A stretch of DNA of 64,000 nt from Planctomycetota bacterium (GTDB taxonomy: Bacteria; Planctomycetota; UBA8108; SXIK01), in contig OZ244999.1 in NCBI GenBank assembly GCA_965223265.1, positions 2,372,957 to 2,436,956 on the forward strand, read 5' to 3'. How positions within the stretch are numbered: the stretch's first letter is position 1; every line of letters starts with the position of its first letter. Shown here piece by piece: positions 58,542 through 64,000 of the stretch. The position numbers were made by a program, and so were the translations under genes. The notes beneath the pieces were generated by a model. The model worked only from the letters and a program-made list of their open reading frames with translations. It was not told the DNA's origin and ran no database searches.

Positions 58542-58754
58542 ACAAGCAAGACGGTTGAAGTGGGGGGCTGGGTAACAGCTGACAATGCGGGCGATCGCCA
58601 CAAGGTGTCTTTCGTTCTGCGAGGATCTGTGGATTGGTCAGACGAGAGAGTTGTCAGGTACTTCGCAAGATCCAGTATCGTATTCCAATCGACTTGGTCA
58701 GTTTTCATGGCATTCTGGGACGACTTTCTAAGTGTCGAAGATGACTGAGACCGT

Positions 58755-59531
58755 ATGGATTGGAATGCAAAATTACGCGACGCGGTACAGGAATCGGACT
58801 ACGGGGGCACGATCTGGGCAATCAGAGGCGGTGCGGACGCAAACGTTCGGGACGGTGACGGCGACCCTATACTCGTTTCGGCGTTCCTCTCCGGCGACCT
58901 TGAGATTGTTCGACTCCTTCTTGACGCTGGTGCAGATCCTAATACGCGAGATGGCAGCGGCTGTCCGCTCTTGAGATTCGTGCCGATTAAAGCCGCGGAG
59001 GTCCTCATCGAAGCAGGCGCCAATCCAAACGCGAGTGATTCCGTTGGCTCACTCTTGAACCACGCCGTTTTTAGCGGGGATGAAGCCCTCGTGAAGGTGC
59101 TCGTCAACGCAGGTGCTAGCGTGGTCGGTGGCGAAGAGGACCAAAGCTCACTTCACCTCGCAGCCGAGGCTGGATCGATCGAGATCGTTCGGATTCTGTT
59201 GACCGGTTCCGACGTTTGCCTGAACAGTTTCGATGAGCTTGACTACACACCGCTTTGTTGGGCGGCGTACAACGGCGATGTCGAGATGGCGCGACTGTTC
59301 ATCGAAGCAGGTGCCGACATCAACTGTCACAATGGACGTCGTGCCGGGGAGACAGCTTTGAACGTTGCCGTGGAGAACAGTAAGGTCGATGTCGTCGCGC
59401 TACTTCTTCAGTTCGGTGCTAGCATCTCGGTTCCCGGGTGGATGGGGAATACGGCAATGGACCGCGCCGAACGCTTGACTGGACCGAATGGCAAAAAGAT
59501 TCGCGAAATGCTGGAGTCTCAATCTAGTTAG
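58755..59531 (+). CDS. Ankyrin-repeat protein
   Basis: Six or more repeats (LLDAGADPNTRDGSG…, LIEAGANPNASD…, LHLAAEAGSIEIVRILL…). Confidence 0.8.
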   Translation: MDWNAKLRDAVQESDYGGTIWAIRGGADANVRDGDGDPILVSAFLSGDLEIVRLLLDAGADPNTRDGSGCPLLRFVPIKAAEVLIEAGANPNASDSVGSLLNHAVFSGDEALVKVLVNAGASVVGGEEDQSSLHLAAEAGSIEIVRILLTGSDVCLNSFDELDYTPLCWAAYNGDVEMARLFIEAGADINCHNGRRAGETALNVAVENSKVDVVALLLQFGASISVPGWMGNTAMDRAERLTGPNGKKIREMLESQSS

Positions 59532-59720
59532 ACTTCGAGCGACTCCTCAGTGAAATCCAGTCCTCGCCGGAGCCCCAGGTTTGTTTTTGAACCGAAACTC
59601 CCAGACGAGGAAAAGCGGAGACCCAGGAGCGAAGATCGATTCCACTTGAACCCCGAGCCAAGACAATATGCACGAAGTCGAATACGTTGATGGATTGGAG
59701 GGCCCGGTTCTGGCCCATAC

Positions 59721-60263
59721 TTGGGATCTTGGCGGATTGGCCTCCGCGCTGCGTACTCGCTTGTGCGAGGCTGCTTCGTGGTGTCTTTTGGAATTGGGAG
59801 ACGACCCGGACGATCCCGCGACTCTGTTTCGGTCGCCGGAATTGAGGCCGCCACAGTCGGCAAATTGACGAGATCATGGGAGTGCGTTCCCTTGATTCGT
59901 GAATGCGTTGAGTATATCGCTCACATGCGATCGCGATGTCTTCGTGACAGAAGAGTCGGGCAAGTGTCATTGGAGTTCGCATTACAGTCTGGTTGGATCC
60001 TAGGCCATGCCATTTCGCGTTGTACAGCTGACCACACAGCTCACACAGTTTCTCCTGTGTTCGACAGGTGGGACAACATTGGCTGGGATTGTTGGGTCAT
60101 CTTTGGATCGACAACTGATCTCACGCCGCCACCGAGTGAATTCGACTTCACACTGTCGTGGATGCCGAAAAAGATAGTCCCGCTGGTCGACGAGGCGATG
60201 TTTGGCCCTGATGATTGTCTCGTCTGGATTCCCCCGGAGCGCTTGTCGTTGACGTCGTCGTGA
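59721..60263 (+). CDS. Hypothetical protein
   Basis: 180-aa ORF, no motifs. Followed by a GAATTCG-T9-CGAATC hairpin/T-run shared with the convergent sigma gene. Confidence 0.3.
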   Translation: MGSWRIGLRAAYSLVRGCFVVSFGIGRRPGRSRDSVSVAGIEAATVGKLTRSWECVPLIRECVEYIAHMRSRCLRDRRVGQVSLEFALQSGWILGHAISRCTADHTAHTVSPVFDRWDNIGWDCWVIFGSTTDLTPPPSEFDFTLSWMPKKIVPLVDEAMFGPDDCLVWIPPERLSLTSS

Positions 60264-60329
60264 ATTCGCTTTTTTTTTACGAATCGTCTTTCAACGCGCG
60301 AGCTGCAGGGATGTCCGACTTGATTGAAG

Positions 60330-60938
60330 TCATCCGGGTATGAACGGATCACCCTTCAGCCCGTGCTTGAGCGACTCATAGGTGCGTTGCAGCCGCCAAT
60401 GGACGGTACTTCGGCTGATCTCCCGCTCCCGTGCAAACTTTGTGCGCTGCTGGTTGCGGTAGAACGTGGCGTCGAGAAGATCCCGGTCCATAGTGTCGAG
60501 ACGCTCCTTGATCGCACGCTGTAGATCTCCGACGACTTCGAACAGCTGGCACAGATGATCAGGCTCGTGAAGGTTCGACGCGGGCAGCACTTCTCGAATC
60601 TTTTCCGACTGGCTGTAGGAGACTTCCGGCGGCCGCGGGGAGCGTCGGGAAGCGAACTCGACGCGGCGTCGATTGAACACGACGTGGCGGACGATCGACA
60701 GAATCAAACGTCTCATTGTTTTTTCGCACTGTGGCAGATTCAAATCGCGGCGCCAAGCGACGATCAACGTCTCCTGAAAGAGATCGTCCACTTCGCAGCG
60801 TTTCAGTAGCGACCGCGACGCGCAGCGTGCAATGACGCGTCGGATTTCATCTTCCACCGCGAGGATCATCTCAATCGATCCCACGCTGCCGTTGTGCTCC
60901 CTCCGCGCTCGGCGTCGACTCGACGTCGGAGTGCCCAT
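60330..60938 (-). CDS. ECF-type RNA polymerase sigma-70 factor (start 60938 or 60869)
   Basis: Region 2 (DDLFQETLIVAWRR) and region 4 HTH (REREISRSTVHWRLQR). Confidence 0.7.
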   Translation of the reverse strand: MGTPTSSRRRARREHNGSVGSIEMILAVEDEIRRVIARCASRSLLKRCEVDDLFQETLIVAWRRDLNLPQCEKTMRRLILSIVRHVVFNRRRVEFASRRSPRPPEVSYSQSEKIREVLPASNLHEPDHLCQLFEVVGDLQRAIKERLDTMDRDLLDATFYRNQQRTKFAREREISRSTVHWRLQRTYESLKHGLKGDPFIPG

Positions 60939-61139
60939 GTCTTCTCCCCATCGTGGCTTGCTTGGTTTGCCCGTCATTCGATCCGTCGCTTGAGCACAAT
61001 CTGCTCACTCGATCGACATCGAATCACCCAAAACGAAACGATATGTTCGCTACCGCAGCGCGACTCCACCAGGAAACGAACGCTGCTGTTCAAGCGTGCC
61101 CACAGCTCGAGTTGATGGTTCCTCGTTCTCGATTTCACT

Positions 61140-61445
61140 AACCGTAGGGTGTGTCTGTGCGCTTCGCAAAAAAAAAATTGGAGGAGAATTTTTTCAAAAA
61201 ACAGTGCGACACATTTCGTATTTCGTACCTAGGAAAAGAGAGGGGAGAACAAAATTTCGGCTGCACAAGCATTAGCAGTTCAACGACCCACGGATTGTGA
61301 GTGGCATAGTCTATAATGCGTACGAGCGGCGGCTTCGTCGAGATTGGTCTTTTTCGTAGCTGCTGATGGAGAAAGCGTTTCGATTGTATGAAATGACTCG
61401 GATTCAAGAGTTGCGGCACAGAGAATCAAGAACTGGAAACCCATA
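61140..61445. promoter_or_regulatory. AT-rich divergent intergenic/promoter island between ECF sigma and secretin genes
   Basis: Local GC is far below the window average. Contains A10 and T-rich runs, and TATAAT at about 61313. Confidence 0.4.
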
Positions 61446-63995
61446 GTGAGTCAACCATTCGTAGTTCATGATTTCAGGGCGCTCGCCATCTCTACCCGCG
61501 TCCTTCGCAAAGCTCCGGTGCAGAGCACGACCCCAAGTGAAGGCGGCATACGGGCGGCTCTACGATCCGCTAATGGGGCGAGGGTTGCGCCAATGGTGGC
61601 GTCGCATCCGGCAGCGCTGCGCTCGCAGCGACGCTGCTGCAGTCCGGTGCGCGGTCTCGTGATCGCCGCGGTCGCCGCCTTCGCCGTCGGGTATCCGAAT
61701 ACCTCTGTCCCTCAGGAGACGGACAGGGAACCAGAAGTTTCCGCCTCACCTGAGGATACGATCCAGCTCAATCTGCCCGGCGAAATTGAGCTCAAAGTCT
61801 TCGTCGACCTCGTGAGTCAGCAGCTCGGAGTGAGGATCCTCCACGACGAACGTCTGAGCGGCAAGCGTCTGACGGTCAAAGCGCCGACCGACATCTCTAA
61901 GTCGTCGCTGCGCGGCATCTTGGAGAGTGCGCTGCGGATGAAGAACCTCGCGTTAGTGGAGGCGGGGGAGCCCGGTTGGCTGAAGATCGTCGAGGCGCAG
62001 AACCTCGCAGCGGTTTCGAGTCCCGCGTCGAAGATGCCGGCAGATCTCAGCACCGCCAACCCAGTGCGTGCTGTGACGCAGGTCTTTCAGCTCCGGCATG
62101 TTGCACCGTCCCGCGTGCAACAGGTGATCAAGCCATTCCTCTCAGACCGCGGCGACAACGCCATCAGCGTTGAGGAGCAGCGCATTCTCATCGTCACGGA
62201 CTACGCCGGCAACATGAACCGCATCCAGGAGCTCGTCGATCTCGTCGATCGGAAGGCTCACACGGTCAGCGTCACCTTCATCGATGTCCAGCACCAAGCA
62301 GCGGCCGATGTTGCTGCAAATCTGACGGAAATCCTCGACGCCCAGCACAAAGCGGAAGGAGCGAGCGGCAAGCGGGAGGGCCTCGAGATTCTCAATCTGG
62401 AGCGCACGAATCAACTGATCGTGATTGCCGCACCGCCGATTCTGCAAGAGGTCGAGAGGCTTGCCAAGCAGGTCGACGTTCCGCTCGGACTTGAGACCAA
62501 GGTTTACCGATTCACGAGTGCCTCGGCAAAAGTCGTCGACCAGTTGCTGCGGAGCTTGGTGGCGCCACAGGCGCGCGATCGGTTGTATCAGGCCGCCGTC
62601 AACGAGCCCGCCAACAGTCTCGTCGTGACAACGACACCAGAGATTCACGCACGTGTCGAGTCGATCAAGTCGAATCTGGATACGCAGCTGGCGAAGCGTG
62701 AGCGTTCGGTTCGTTTCTATAAACTCGCGAACGCGACAGCGGCAGAAGTTCTCTTTGCGATTCAAGCGATCGAAGGCGTCCAATCAAATGGAGTCGGGGG
62801 CGGACCCGGCTCAGGCCTCGGTCCCGGGAGTTCCTCGAGGCCATCTCTGGATCCTATTGCTACGTCGCCAGTCGATCTGCCCGAAGGATTGACTCCCGAG
62901 CCACAAGTCCCCGCTGGACCGCCGTCCGATCAGGAAGCTGCGCCGCCGGACGCCGCGCCCCCGGGCGGCGCGCCGCTCGAGGAGACCTCTCTGCCGAATC
63001 GCACCGCGTCGTCGAGCCGTAGCGCGGTGGGCAGGTCAGGAAGTGCCCAAGGAGTCACCACCTCCCGCGGCCGGATCATCGCCGAGCCGAACACGAACAG
63101 CATTGTCGTCGTCGCTACGGACGAGGATCAAGAGATGTACGCAGAGCTGATCCGCAAGCTCGATCGTCGTCGTCCTCAGGTGCTCGTGGAGGTGACCCTC
63201 GTTACGCTCGACACGAGCGGCAGTTTCTCGCTCGGAGTGGAGCTCTCGCACGCCGACGAAGACGACGATGGGGACCCACGCGTTCTCAACTTCAGTTCGT
63301 TCGGACTGAGCGAAGTAGATCCAGCGACTGGACGACTGACGCTCGCGCCCGGCCTTGGATTCAATGGCGCGCTCATCAGCGAGGACATCGCCGACGGCGT
63401 CGTCCGCGCCTTGGCGACGAGCGGTCGGGCAAAAGTCACCTCGGCACCCAAGATCCTCGTCAACGACAACGCCTCAGGAACTCTCAATAGCGTCCAAGAC
63501 GCGCCTTTTACCAGCGTCAACGCTTCGAATACGGTCGCGACGACGAGCTTCGGCGGCTTTGAAAACGCCGGTACGACCATTTCGGTCACACCCCACATCT
63601 CCGAAGGAGAACACGTCAGGCTCGAGTACTCGATCACTCTGAGCACCTTCACCGGAGATTCGGGTGACGGTATTCCGCCACCTCGGCAACGCAACGAAGT
63701 CGAGAGCGAAGTGACGATTCCCGATGGCCACACGATCGTCGTCGGTGGGCTGCACCGCTCTGATTTCAGTGAAACCATCACGAAGGTGCCAATCCTCGGC
63801 GACATCCCGATCCTTGGTTGGCTCTTCAGCAACCGATCGAAGAACGACACCGCGTCGACGCTGTTTGTATTCATTCGGCCGGTGATCTTACGGCAAGACC
63901 AGTTCGAAGATCTGAAGTTCATTTCGTCCCTCGATCTCAGAGAAGCCGGAGTGGCGTCGAACTATCCTGCCAGTGAGCCAGTGCTGATCGATTGA
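61446..63995 (+). CDS. Secretin (GspD/PilQ/CpaC superfamily); alternative start 61593
   Basis: C-terminal secretin domain TKVPILGDIPILGWLFSNRSKNDTASTLFVFIRPVIL. N-terminal NolW-like domains. Pro/Ser/Gly-rich linker at 62780-63060. Confidence 0.75.
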   Translation: MSQPFVVHDFRALAISTRVLRKAPVQSTTPSEGGIRAALRSANGARVAPMVASHPAALRSQRRCCSPVRGLVIAAVAAFAVGYPNTSVPQETDREPEVSASPEDTIQLNLPGEIELKVFVDLVSQQLGVRILHDERLSGKRLTVKAPTDISKSSLRGILESALRMKNLALVEAGEPGWLKIVEAQNLAAVSSPASKMPADLSTANPVRAVTQVFQLRHVAPSRVQQVIKPFLSDRGDNAISVEEQRILIVTDYAGNMNRIQELVDLVDRKAHTVSVTFIDVQHQAAADVAANLTEILDAQHKAEGASGKREGLEILNLERTNQLIVIAAPPILQEVERLAKQVDVPLGLETKVYRFTSASAKVVDQLLRSLVAPQARDRLYQAAVNEPANSLVVTTTPEIHARVESIKSNLDTQLAKRERSVRFYKLANATAAEVLFAIQAIEGVQSNGVGGGPGSGLGPGSSSRPSLDPIATSPVDLPEGLTPEPQVPAGPPSDQEAAPPDAAPPGGAPLEETSLPNRTASSSRSAVGRSGSAQGVTTSRGRIIAEPNTNSIVVVATDEDQEMYAELIRKLDRRRPQVLVEVTLVTLDTSGSFSLGVELSHADEDDDGDPRVLNFSSFGLSEVDPATGRLTLAPGLGFNGALISEDIADGVVRALATSGRAKVTSAPKILVNDNASGTLNSVQDAPFTSVNASNTVATTSFGGFENAGTTISVTPHISEGEHVRLEYSITLSTFTGDSGDGIPPPRQRNEVESEVTIPDGHTIVVGGLHRSDFSETITKVPILGDIPILGWLFSNRSKNDTASTLFVFIRPVILRQDQFEDLKFISSLDLREAGVASNYPASEPVLID

Positions 63996-64000
63996 ACGAA

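Overview
The window is high-GC, probably planctomycete-type chromosomal DNA. That reading rests on the DUF1501, PSCyt/DUF1549/DUF1553, DUF1552 and PEP-CTERM genes, the dockerin-like secreted proteins and the HEAT, ankyrin and WD40 repeat proteins.

Positions 1-11.7 kb lie at the 3' side of a tRNA-Asp(GTC) and form a mobile-element-rich accessory patch. It holds an IS701-like insertion sequence (IS) with 18-bp terminal inverted repeats (TIRs) and a 5-bp target-site duplication (TSD). A 253-bp miniature (MITE) derivative of the same IS sits 16 kb away. Both copies are inserted exactly 5 bp from the same palindromic REP-like element.

The patch also holds a frameshifted IS3-like OrfA remnant and a bacterial Hen1-Pnkp RNA-repair cassette. 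In that cassette pnkp is cleanly split by an IS4-family element with a perfect 12-bp TSD inside the phosphatase GDVHG motif. An intact 863-aa Pnkp can be reconstructed in silico.

The rest of the window encodes a tandem HARE-HTH protein, a ParB/Srx-HD-GYP fusion operonic with a degenerate polysaccharide co-polymerase/tyrosine-kinase-like protein, phosphoglucomutase and three secreted proteins sharing a dockerin-like C-terminal module. It also encodes a cluster of SAM methyltransferases with a deacetylase-like gene, a flotillin-NfeD pair and two DUF1501 genes plus a PSCyt/DUF1549/DUF1553 gene. Further genes are a PEP-CTERM protein, a Tat-signal enolase-superfamily enzyme, CDP-glucose 4,6-dehydratase, large heme/HEAT proteins, a formylglycine-generating-enzyme fusion, a PilX-like protein, eukaryote-like repeat proteins, an ECF sigma factor and a secretin.

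Other notable DNA features are a 264-bp GNGNGN hexanucleotide microsatellite, two clusters of GGCACAC/GTGTGCC REP-like repeats, an AT-rich divergent promoter island and three apparent frameshifts.
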